Assembly (NCBI GenBank): GCA_017413145.1
Contig: JAFPUX010000366.1
Span: 1 to 45,255, forward strand
Direction: 5' to 3'
Source of the DNA: Kiritimatiellia bacterium
Lineage (GTDB): Bacteria; Verrucomicrobiota; Kiritimatiellia; RFP12; UBA3636
DNA length: 45,255 nucleotides
The translations under genes and the position numbers were made by a program. This document shows positions 25,701 to 34,174 of this stretch, piece after piece (the stretch's first letter is position 1; every line of letters begins with the position of its first letter). A model generated the notes under the pieces. That model searched no databases. It was given only the letters and a program-made list of their open reading frames with translations, and was not told the DNA's origin.

Positions 25701-26528
25701 GAAGCGGACGTGGAAGAAGAGCGAGTTGTAGCGGAAGAGCTTCTGGACCGTCTGCCGGAAGCGCACCGTGCCCTGGCCGGGCTTGATTTCCTGGAAGCCC
25801 CAGCCGAGGCCGGGGTAGTTCACGTGGTGGCGGTCCTTCTCGTGGACGCCGTCCGGATTGTCGATCCACGGGCCGCAGCCGAAGGCGACGACGTGGCACT
25901 TGTCGTTCCAGTACTCGGACGGATCGAGGTAGTAGTCTACGACGATCTCGAAGGACTCGCCCTCGTGCACCTCCGCCATGGGCTCGTCCGTCCCGGGCTT
26001 GAAGCAGCCGCGCGGCTGCAGCCAGCTCTTCTTGTAGGTGATGCCCTCCGGCGGCTTGCGGCGCGCGGCGGCGGCCTCCTCCTCCTTCCTCTTCTTCTCG
26101 ACTTGCTCGGCCGTCATCTCCCAGTTGATCCGGCCGCAGAAGAGCACGTGCGTCTGCTTGTTCCAGTCGCCGTTCGGCGCGGTGAAGACGAGCGGGCCGA
26201 AGGAGCCGAGGTCGTCCTTGAAGTCCGCCGCGAACGTGTAGGTCGCGGTCCCGCCCTTCTGGATCGTCTGGGGCGGGCGCCACTGGCCCGTGTCCCGCCA
26301 GCCGCCGTCGGGCTTGAAGGTGTGCACAGCGACCGAGACGTTCTCGTCCGGCCCGAGATCCTTCTTGAGCGTGACCTTGATCTGGAAGCCGGAGCCGGGC
26401 TTGACCTTGTCGGGCGTCTCGACCCGGAGCCAGTCGTCTTCGTGGACGCCGGCGGCGGCCGGCCGTGCGAACAGCGCCGCGGCGCAGAGCGCGGCGGCGA
26501 GGAAGGAACGGTTGAGCGGATGTTTCAT
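22725..26528 (-). CDS. Large secreted glycoside hydrolase-like protein (Ig-like N-domain, clan-GH-A-like barrel, CBM4_9-like and CBM9/DOMON-like domains), copy 1
   Basis: Signal peptide MKHPLNRSFLAAALCAAALFARPAAA. Barrel NE motif in IEWLNEIVPG. CBM4_9-type motif: NLLANGGFENGKNGW. CBM9-like motif: DGDLSDWDF...AWDADALYLAVRVRDD. A paralogue lies at 41322..45128 (roughly 80-85% aa identity by eye). Confidence 0.85.
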   Translation of the reverse strand: MKHPLNRSFLAAALCAAALFARPAAAGVHEDDWLRVETPDKVKPGSGFQIKVTLKKDLGPDENVSVAVHTFKPDGGWRDTGQWRPPQTIQKGGTATYTFAADFKDDLGSFGPLVFTAPNGDWNKQTHVLFCGRINWEMTAEQVEKKRKEEEAAAARRKPPEGITYKKSWLQPRGCFKPGTDEPMAEVHEGESFEIVVDYYLDPSEYWNDKCHVVAFGCGPWIDNPDGVHEKDRHHVNYPGLGWGFQEIKPGQGTVRFRQTVQKLFRYNSLFFHVRFRGGDDRDFPWTTTCSAPRLVRPLVGIDLVAPTAGGLFVAGREKPVLDLVAAADAKAGAPVAIKVCALDTDGRLEEVGTATATIPTPGKTAKVDLSGVVGRRLGCFLAEGRGGDAKVDAFFGVIPDVDKALGGKRAPFGATDLHTEMECEAAAKLGFSVNRMFTGWGGLVPKRGEYRFDGLSASMDRQLKHGIKPWLMLTGAPEWVLPEHVHSPGFEPYPFDEDGWRESIRAIAQKFGKRVYGIEWLNEIVPGSKSSDPVSDYKRFCEIGAEELRKVNPKAKSILAGGLWPRNFRLDLLGAGVGKSIDILPIHYGSYGSAAEALADAAAGGVSSVWDDENACGISVWGMEGREALERSAIQSMQVMRSWPEQLVAGVDGIIYFGGEANPAGNWKYLLDDHTPRPVAATLAVLSAKLGDARPVGGYYAEPGARVLVFERKDGTALAVVGSVNGNPAAPPVDVKIPATPGTTVVRTDHQGNATEVSVGDGNAIPVAAGAMPAFYEGLPLSRLAVRCALSVDGQGPLTSKPSVGFVKGADPQLRVSVRNPLRVPVAGGLDISVAGKSAVRKLFRLAAGENAHYVLDIPPEALPDGPSEAVVAVAWKAPKAEKADKAARSVAVDTVDPATLGNLLANGGFENGKNGWIGGGRVVDLPGGRPGEEGHALSLDHSPDYVQCFQRIHNPTPGRDLLYTAWMRTDDMYAGSNMSFFQKSGGHYDLYIPDVFCAPKDSFGAWQLMIKVAGSVPDNADAQVQPVARGAKGTALYDNLRVTAYDGSDWAAEAHKAAKPRTIDGDLSDWDFADPVPLLCANQMVAEGGYKWTPENLSGIAQLAWDADALYLAVRVRDDVHVAQTGEKTLSGDALQIGLHPVNRLPGTEGAAIEWYVSSASPGGGSGHHTVFRPAAHSAGLSSGQLAKDSSVYEVAVKRAGKDTCYELRIPWGDAGGVRPQPGTRLGFSLRLTDADNGAGHGAAAWGRGLDPWSPGAFGSLVLLP

Positions 26529-26629
26529 GGACTGTTTTCCGTTTGTGTCAAATCAATCGTGTGACTTTTTGGGAAACGAAAGTCTCACGACGCCGTCCGA
26601 TTCTATCCCAATCCCCCCGTCCGGCGCAA
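26529..26629 (-). promoter_or_regulatory. Conserved promoter + leader, type B copy 1
   Basis: On the minus strand: TTGCGC (26629-26624), an 18-nt spacer, TAGAAT (26605-26600), a GAGAC/GTTTC-type hairpin, the box AGTCACACGATTG (26554-26567 region), and ATGAAACATCCGCT. It aligns almost base for base with 41221-41321. Confidence 0.55.
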
Positions 26630-26663
26630 GCGAAAACGACGGAAGGCGCGAAGTCGCGAACGC

Positions 26664-26774
26664 TTGACACGCGCGCGCGAATTTTGATAGGTTTCCGCTT
26701 GAAGGGACGCCCCGGGGTCGGGGGTCCTTTTTTCGCAACTCCGGCAATCATCCGATTGATACAAGGAGATTCGC
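26664..26774 (+). promoter_or_regulatory. Conserved promoter + leader, type A copy 3
   Basis: TTGACA at 26664-26669, an 18-nt spacer (CGCGCGCGCG...), then TGA-TAGGTT (26688-26693). Hairpin plus T6 at 26705-26733. Box CAATC-ATCC-GATTG at 26745-26758. AAGGAGA SD. ATGAAA at 26775. Confidence 0.55.
26705..26733 (+). terminator. Intrinsic-terminator-like hairpin + T6 inside leader A3 (candidate attenuator)
   Basis: GGAC(G)CCCC pairs with GGGGGTCC across a 6-nt loop (26705-26727), followed immediately by TTTTTT (26728-33). The upstream neighbour is divergent, so this cannot be that gene's terminator. Confidence 0.5.
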
Positions 26775-29700
26775 ATGAAACGCATCCTTCCTCTCCTGCT
26801 CCTCGCCGTCCTCCTCGCGCTTCCCGCCCGCGCGGCGGAGGCCGACTCCACCGGCCTCGTTCCCACGCTCTGGTGGGACTTCGAGACGCAGCCGTCCTCT
26901 TCGGGACTCCCGGGCGCGAACAAGGGTTCCGCGAGCGGCTTCACGTTCACCGGCGAGGGGACTGCCACCTACGTCGCGGGCGCCACGAACGGCTGGGCGC
27001 TCGATGCGTCGAAGTTCACGCCGTATTCGTCGAAGAACAACTTGTTCTCGACGGCTGGCGGCGCCTTCACGCTCTCCCTCGTCATGAATCTCGGCTCGGC
27101 CCAGGGCGGCATCGCGCTGAACCTCCGCAACGAAACCGGGGCGAAGGACCTGATCGTCCGCCGCGGCTCGGCCGCGGGGGCGCTCGTCGTCGGCCTCGGC
27201 CCGCAGGCGTCCGCTTCGACGGTCCTTCTCGAAACGACGTTCGCGGACGGCGGATTCGGCCTGGCACCTCGTCACCGTCGTCTTCAAGGACACCGGGACG
27301 GACCTCTACGTGGACGGCACCCTGGCGGATTCCACGGCGAGCGCCACGCTGTGGAGCGCCTCGGGCGGTGCCAGCCGCCTCCAGTTCGGATCGCACCTGG
27401 GCGGCCTCCAGGCCAACGAGGCTAGAAACGGCGGCTGCATCGACGACCTGCGCATCCACGACGCGGCGCTCACGACCGTCCAAATCCGTGCCGTCGCCGC
27501 CGAATACGGACTCGTCCACGACGACGGTTTCATCGGAATCGCCGCGTCCGGGGAACCGACGGTCGGCGCGGATTCCTTCCGGACGCCGTTCGATCTGCTT
27601 CTGGACCAAGGCGACGCGGCGGAAGTCGCGATCGTCCACGGCGCGGACGCCGCGCTGTCGGCGCCGGCGACGAACGTCGTCGGTTCGGCGCTGCCGGCCG
27701 GTTCCTACACGGCGTCGCTCTCCGGCCTCGCGTCCGGCACGACCTACTGGTGGAAACTCGTCGCGAGCAACGGCGTCCGCCGGGCCGAAACGGACGTGGC
27801 GTCGTTCCGCACGCTCGACACGGTCGCCGCGGCGGACTTTTCCCGGCGCGTTCCGGTCGCCGTCTCCGGCTATGCCGGATCCTCCACGCTCACGAACTTC
27901 CCGGTCCTCGTGAAGCTCGCGGCGGACGCTCCCTCCGGCTTCGACTACGCCGACTGCGCGGCAGACGGTTCGGACCTCCGCTTCGCGGCCCCGGACGGCC
28001 TCCTCCTCCACCACGAGATCGACACGTGGAACACGAACGGCGAGTCGTTCGTCTGGGTGAAGGTTCCGGCGCTCTCCGGCACGGCCACGGCCTTCACGAT
28101 GTATTACGGCGCGGCGGACCCGACGGCGCTTCCGACGGTCGATCCGCGCTCCGTCTGGACGGCGACCGGCCACCGCGCCGTGTGGCACTTCGCCGCGGAC
28201 GCGACGGAATCCGCGCAGGGCCTGGTCCCGTCCTCGACCACCGGCACGCCGTCCTATGAATACGCCGGTGCCGTCGGTCCATGCTGGCAGAGCGCGGGCG
28301 CGGCCTGGCTGCAGTATGCCAACGACGCCTCCTGGAGGACGCTCGGCGCGGGCTCGACGCTCACGATTTCCGTCTGGGCCAAATTCGACGACAGCAAGTA
28401 CGAATACCAGCGAATCCTTTCCACGATGTCCAACTGGCAGAACACCGCCGGCTACGAGCTGACCGTCCAGAACCAGAAGAACCAGATCACCGTCGGGTCG
28501 AGCGGGCGGAGCCAGTACCAGAAGGTCGTTTCGCCCGGACCGATGGACGAACTGGTCTACCTCACGGCCGTCTACAACGCCGACCGCTACGCGGACCTCT
28601 ACGTGAACGGCGTCCTGCAGGAGCACCAGCAACTCAACGCGGTCGTGCAGCCGACGGAGGCGATGACGGTCGCCTGCGTGGCCGGCGGCGGCAACGTCTG
28701 GAACGGCCGGCTGGACGAGCTCCGCCTCCACGCGGCCGCCGAATCGGCCGACTGGGTCAAGGCCTGCTACGACACGATGGCGGCGCCGGCGTCGTTCGTC
28801 ACGCTTTCGCCGGCCGAATCGACCGACCCGGACCTGCCGCGGTTCGGCGCAGTTTCCGCGTCCGACGCGAACGGCGTCGCGACCTTCACCGTTCCGCTCA
28901 CCGAGCCCGGCTACGGCGGCGAAGTCCCGACCGCCGTTTCGGTCTTCTACGGGACCGACGGCGAAACCTGGACGGAGCTTCCCCTCGGTTCGACGAACGA
29001 GGCCGCGACGCTCACCGGAACGGCGTCCGGTTTCGAGGCCGGCGTCCGCTACGTGTGGTACGCCGAGGCGACCGCTACGAGCGGCGGCACGCCCAAGACG
29101 ACGACTTCCCCGCAGCGGTCCTTCGTCGCGAGGTCCTTCGACCCGACTGGCTACTACAAGTCCTTCACGGCGACCGTCGCCTGGGACGGCGCGCCCGCGG
29201 AGAACGTCCCGTTCCTGCTGCGCATCTCCGAGACAGGGATCCACGGCTTCGACTACGACGACGTCACGGCGTCCGGCCTCGAGATCCTCGACGAAGGCGG
29301 CCAACTGCTGCCCTACGAGATCGACACGTGGAACACGAACGGCGAATCGCTCGTCTGGACGCGCCTGCCCGTCTACGAAAACGGCGCGACGGTCACGGTC
29401 CGCTACGGCGCCCCGTTCGCCAACGCGCCGCTCCCCGCGACGAATGTCTGGGCTGGCTATGCCGGCGTCTGGCACATGAACGAAACATACGACGCCGAGA
29501 CCGCCGCGACGGGACTCGCGCGCGACTCGACCGGGAATGGCCTCGACGCCACGCCGTCCAAAGGCGGTTCCGGCAATCTCGCGGAGATGGTTTCCGATGC
29601 CGGCGTTATAGGAAACGCTCGCGTTAACGCCACAAGCGATGTCGCTGGCGGAAACTACCTCTCCGTTCCAAACTACGACTCGCTTGCGCTTGGCGACACG

Positions 29701-31854
29701 TTCGCCGTCTCCGGATGGTTCAAGGCCACGACCGTCAACGGCTATCCGCGACTCCTGTCGCGCAAGACGGCGTACAACACCGACAACGGCTGGGAACTCG
29801 AGAACGGCAACGGCAACGCCAAGGCCTTCTCCGCCCGCGGCGCCAGCGGTGACGCAATCTCGCTGAATACCCCGAGCTACGACAACGCCTGGGTTCACAT
29901 CGCCCTTGTGTACAACGGGACGACGCTCTCCGCCTACGCCAACGGCGCTCCGTGCGGAAGCGGCATGATCGCCGCCGCGACGGACAACGGCATGCCCCTC
30001 TCGTTCGGCAACAACTCCAACGGCAGCGAGCGCTCGCTCGCGGGCCTTTACGACGAAATCCGACTCTTGGACGCCACGCCGTCCGCCGAACGGATCGCGG
30101 CCGAATACCACGCGATGGCGGACGGCACCGTCTCCTTCTCCTCCGTTTCGTCGTCCGACGCGTCCGCCCCCGTCCTCGGGGTTCCCTCCGTCGCGAGCGA
30201 CGCGAACGGCTCGTTCACCGTCTCGGTCTCCGTTTCCGAAAACGCCCCCGCGTCGATCGTCTGCGCGGTCGGCAGCGCGACCTACGCGATGACGACCGAG
30301 GACGCGTCGCTCCCGACGACGTATTCCGCCACGGTTTCCGGCCTCGCGCCCGGCACCCATGTCGCGTCCGTCCATGCGACGGCGACGAGCGGGACGGGCG
30401 TTTCCTCGACCTGCCCGGACGCCTTCCACGCCGGCGCGCTGGCGATCGCCAAGATTTCCGACGCAGATGAGAGCATGCTGACGCCCGGCGTCTTCCGCGT
30501 CTCGCGCCTGGACGCCGACGCCACGGGACTTCCGGCGCTGACGTTCGATGTTGCGTTTTCCGGCGCCGGCCTCGTCGCGATCGCCGATCCGGGGATTTCG
30601 ACCGCCACGATCCCAGCCGGCGCGGCGTACGTCGACATCGCCGTCACGCCCGTCCCGAACGATGCCGTGAACGAAGACCTCGAACTCGTCCTGACCGTCT
30701 CGGGCGCGCACGTCGGCCAATCCTCGACCGCCTCGCTGACCGTCGTGGACGCGAGTTTCGACCTGGCGGTCCGCTACGTCGCCACGTCCGGCAACGACGC
30801 CAACTCCGGCGGCACGCCCGAGATACCCAAGAAGACGATCGCCGCGGCCGTCGCCGCCCTCGCCCCCATCGCGCCGACGCGGACCTGCACCGTCCACGTC
30901 GCGCCGGGGCTGTACCCGATCACGTCACCGATCGTCGTCACGAACGCGGTCCGCATCCTCGGCGACGACCCCGACCCGTCGCGCGTCGTCGTGTCCAACC
31001 GGAATCAGGCCGGCTGGGCGCAAACGCAACGCGTCTTCACCATCAACCATGCGGACGCCCTCGTCGCGAACCTCACGATGCAGAAGGGGTCCGTCGGCGG
31101 AGACTGGACCGAGGGGGCGAACTTCAGCATCGAATCGGCGGGCGGCACCGTGTCAAATTGCGTGGTCGAGGCGGGCGCGCAGCGGACGAACCATGCCAAC
31201 GGCGGCGGCGCCTCCCTGGGCGCCGGTCTCGTGACGCACACGGTGTTCCGGAAGAACACGGCGCCGAACTCCTCGCCCTACGGCCCCGGCGGCGGGAACC
31301 GGGCCGCCGTCCTCCACCTCTACGGGAGTTCCCGGGCGGAAAACTGCCTGCTCGTCGACAACCCGCAGTCCACGGCCGTGGTCCTGGTCCGGCTGGCGGA
31401 CACCGCCCTCATGCGCAACTGCACCGTCGTCGATTCCGCCCTGTCCAAAACCTCCGACGTCTGCCGGGCCTTCTCGGCGATCCGGATCGATGGGTCCGCC
31501 TCGGTCGTCAATACGGTCATCGCCGGCGTGACGAACAAGATCGACGGCGCGGCGTGCCCGCCGACGGGAACCGTCGCGAACTTCCTGAACGGCGCGTTCG
31601 ACGGCGACGCGACGGGCCTGCCCGCCGGCACGATCATCGGCACGGCGGCCTCGTTCTTCCGCAACTACGCCGCGTCGGACTACAGTCTGAAGTACCAGCC
31701 CAAGTCCGGCGGCCCGCTCTACGACAAGGGCGCGGACTACTCGCCGCTGCCCCTCTGCGACCTCTCGGGCGCCCGGCCCCGCAAGATCGGCGCGCACATC
31801 GATATCGGCTGCTACGAAGCGAACGCCGCCTCCACGGTCTTCATCGTGAAGTGA
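26775..31854 (+). pseudogene. Frameshifted giant secreted protein (LamG, then 2 x [DUF2341-like + LamG], SVFYG modules, Ig/Calx-like, beta-helix). Pseudogene or assembly indel.
   Basis: The signal peptide and first part of a LamG domain are in frame 0 (26775 to ~27250). The domain then continues as ...SAWHLVTVVFKDTGTDLYVDGTLADS... in the +1 frame, which stays open to 31854. The frame-0 reading ends at 27425. The shift maps to about 27249-27253 (GGCGGA). C-terminus: HIDIGCYEANAASTVFIVK. Confidence 0.7.
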
Positions 31855-31856
31855 CC

Positions 31857-33878
31857 ATGCAACGAATTCTCCCCCTTCTCGCCCTCGCCGCATCCGCTGC
31901 GCCTGCCGCGGAAGTCGCGCCGATCTTCCCGGCGCCGGGCACGGAGGCGCTCAGCGACGACGGCGCGATGGTGCGCGTCGAGGACGGCGCGGCCGTCGTC
32001 GACATCGCCGCCGGCGGAACGTCCTGCGGCGTGAAGTTCGTCCGGGAGGAGCCGTTCGCGCTCGACGGCTGGCGCGAGGTGCGCGCGGACGTATCCAACC
32101 GGACCGACCGCGCGCTCGACTTCACGATGCACACCCTCTCGAAGGGCACGTACCGCTGGTACGCGTCGGGCTCGTTCCGCCTTGAGGCCGGCGAAAGCCG
32201 GACCGTCTCGGCGCCGTGCCGCCCCTCCGCCCGCCCGATGGCCCCGGGCGGCGACGGCCTTCCCGGCCTGATGGGCTACGATCGCGCGTACCGTCCCGAC
32301 AGCGTCGACGCGAGCGCCCTCGCGGTCGAGGCCGTCGTCCTCTACTGCCGGTGCGGCGCGGACGGGGCGCGCTTCGACGTCCGGAACGTCCGCGCGGAGG
32401 GCGCGCTTCCGTCGACGAAGGTACTCTCGGTCGACGACGCCTTCCTCCCGTTCGTGGACGAGTTCGGACAGTTCGCGCACGACGAGTGGCCGGGCAAGGT
32501 CCACTCGGTCGAGGAGCTGAAGGCGGCCGAGGCCGCGGAGGAGGCGGAGCTCGCGGCGCATCCGGAGTCGCCGATCCCCGGGGCAGACCGCTTCGGCGGC
32601 TGGGGCGACGGCCCGCAGCTCGAGGCGACGGGGCGCTTCCGCACCGAGAAGCGCGGCGGGCGCTGGTGGCTCGTCGACCCCGACGGGCACCTCTTCTTCT
32701 CGCTCGGCTGCAACTACGTGCGGCTCCAGGGCAAGTCGCCCGTGACGGACCGCGAGACCTTCTTCTCGTGGCTGCCGGAGCGCGACGACCCGCTCTTCGG
32801 CGACTGCTGGAGCGAGGGCGAGAACACGTGGAACATCCAGTGCTTCTACCGCGGCCGCGGCGTCGTGACGCAGTTCGACTTCGCGAAGGCGAACCAGAAG
32901 CGCCTGCACGGCGACGGGTGGGAGGCGGCGTTCGCGGAGAAGCAGCACCGCCGCATGCGCTCGTGGGGCTTCACGTCGATGGGCAACTGGTCCGACGCGG
33001 GAATCATGGCGCTCGGCCGCACGCCGTACGTCGACAACTTCAACCTCGACGGCGTCCGCAAGATCGAGGGCGACAGCAAGGGCGCCTGGCGGAAGTTCCC
33101 GGACGTCTTCGCGGACGACTTCGCGGAGAAGGTCGTCGAGCGCGCGCACGCGACGCGCCTCGAGAAGTCCCGAACCGACCCGTGGTGCATCGGCTGGTTC
33201 GTCGAGAACGAGCTGCACTGGGGCCGCGGCTACAAGGCCGGCGGCGACATCGCCGCGGCCGCCGCCGCCTCGCCGGAGGACCAGCCCGCGCGGATCGAGT
33301 GGCTGCGCCGCCTCCGCGCCGCGCACGGTCCGGAGGCGACCTTCGCGGACGCGACCGAGGAGGACGTCCGCACGTTCGAGGCCGAGGTCGCCGAGCGGTA
33401 CTTCTCGACCGTCAAGCGCGCGATCGAGACGGTCGCCCCCGGCCGGCTCTACCTCGGCTGCCGCTTCTGCGACGCCTACCCGGACGCCCTCCGCGCGGCG
33501 GCGCGGTGGTGCGACGTCGTGAGCTACAACTGCTACAAGGACCTGCCCGAGGCGCCGATGCCCGCGGACGCCGTCGACAAGCCCGCGATCATCGGGGAAT
33601 TCCACTTCGGCTCGCTCGACCGCGGCGGGATGCACGCAGGGATCGTCCCCTGCCCGGACATGGCGTCGCGCATGGAGCACTACAAGCGGTACGTGCGGCG
33701 GGCCGTCGCGGACGAGCGCATCGTCGGCGTCCACTGGTTCTTCTGGTACGATATGCCGCTCACCGGCTGGATGGACGGCGAGGACTACGCCAACGGCGTG
33801 ATGGCCGTCACCGGCCGGCCGCACCCCGAAATGGTCGAGGCGACCCGCGAGCTCGCCCGGGAGCTCTACAGCGAATAG
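31857..33878 (+). CDS. Secreted clan-GH-A-like glycoside hydrolase, copy 2 (paralogue of 14442..16493)
   Basis: ATG lies 2 nt after the upstream stop. Signal-like N-terminus MQRILPLLALAASAAPAAE. Same motifs as copy 1: WFVENELHW and IIGEFHFGS. The track ORF 31158..33878 begins off-frame inside the upstream gene. Confidence 0.8.
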   Translation: MQRILPLLALAASAAPAAEVAPIFPAPGTEALSDDGAMVRVEDGAAVVDIAAGGTSCGVKFVREEPFALDGWREVRADVSNRTDRALDFTMHTLSKGTYRWYASGSFRLEAGESRTVSAPCRPSARPMAPGGDGLPGLMGYDRAYRPDSVDASALAVEAVVLYCRCGADGARFDVRNVRAEGALPSTKVLSVDDAFLPFVDEFGQFAHDEWPGKVHSVEELKAAEAAEEAELAAHPESPIPGADRFGGWGDGPQLEATGRFRTEKRGGRWWLVDPDGHLFFSLGCNYVRLQGKSPVTDRETFFSWLPERDDPLFGDCWSEGENTWNIQCFYRGRGVVTQFDFAKANQKRLHGDGWEAAFAEKQHRRMRSWGFTSMGNWSDAGIMALGRTPYVDNFNLDGVRKIEGDSKGAWRKFPDVFADDFAEKVVERAHATRLEKSRTDPWCIGWFVENELHWGRGYKAGGDIAAAAAASPEDQPARIEWLRRLRAAHGPEATFADATEEDVRTFEAEVAERYFSTVKRAIETVAPGRLYLGCRFCDAYPDALRAAARWCDVVSYNCYKDLPEAPMPADAVDKPAIIGEFHFGSLDRGGMHAGIVPCPDMASRMEHYKRYVRRAVADERIVGVHWFFWYDMPLTGWMDGEDYANGVMAVTGRPHPEMVEATRELARELYSE

Positions 33879-33912
33879 CGCGGACGCCGCTTCCGGGCCG
33901 GCGCATGGACAA

Positions 33913-34034
33913 GGACGACAAGACGACGGGATGACGAGACGACGGGATGTCGAGACGACGGGATGTCGTCCCCCTCGTCCCGAAGGGTCCAGGGGGCGAT
34001 CTTGTCGTCCCGTCGTCTGGTCGTCTCGTCGTCC
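33913..34034. repeat. Long imperfect palindrome containing three tandem 16-mers and an inverted copy
   Basis: AAGACGACGGGATGAC (33920-33935) is followed by GAGACGACGGGATGTC twice (33936-33951 and 33952-33967). Central hairpin CCCCCT...AGGGGG at 33970-33996. Inverted copy GTCGTCCCGTCGTCT at 34004-34018. The outer arms 33913-33927 and 34020-34034 are complementary at 14 of 15 positions. The element lies between stop 33878 and promoter A4. Confidence 0.7.
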
Positions 34035-34064
34035 TGCTCGGCAAGCTGCATTGCCAACGCGCGC

Positions 34065-34174
34065 TTGACACGCGCGCGCGAAATTTGGTAGTTTTATCCC
34101 CGAAGGGGTGCCCCGGAAGGGACGAACCTCTTTTCAAGGCCCGACAATCACACGATTGACACAAGGAGATTCCC
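34065..34174 (+). promoter_or_regulatory. Conserved promoter + leader, type A copy 4
   Basis: TTGACA at 34065-34070, an 18-nt spacer (CGCGCGCGCG...), then TGG-TAGTTT (34089-34094). Alternating C4/G4 tracts and a T4 stretch (34097-34134). Box CAATC-ACAC-GATTG at 34145-34158. AAGGAGA SD. ATGAAA at 34175. Confidence 0.55.

Noticed and set aside
26630-26663. Mobile-element boundaries (IS or MITE terminal repeats, target-site duplications) at the edges of the duplicated glycosidase units and cassettes.
   Set aside because: No transposase or integrase ORF was seen anywhere in the window. The duplication ends coincide with promoter and stop-codon boundaries rather than with inverted terminal repeats or direct target duplications.
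27240-27265. Programmed ribosomal frameshift in the 26775..31854 gene.
   Set aside because: There is no slippery heptamer, no rare or stop codon at the shift site, and no obvious downstream stimulatory structure. A simple 1-nt indel is more parsimonious.
33920-33967. Possible CRISPR array, suggested by the 16-mer repeats here, the 9-mers at 10695-10734, the 8-mers at 22687-22716 and the 21-mers at 17359-17400.
   Set aside because: The repeats are directly abutting with no spacers. The units are far shorter than CRISPR repeats, there are at most 4 copies, and there are no cas genes.
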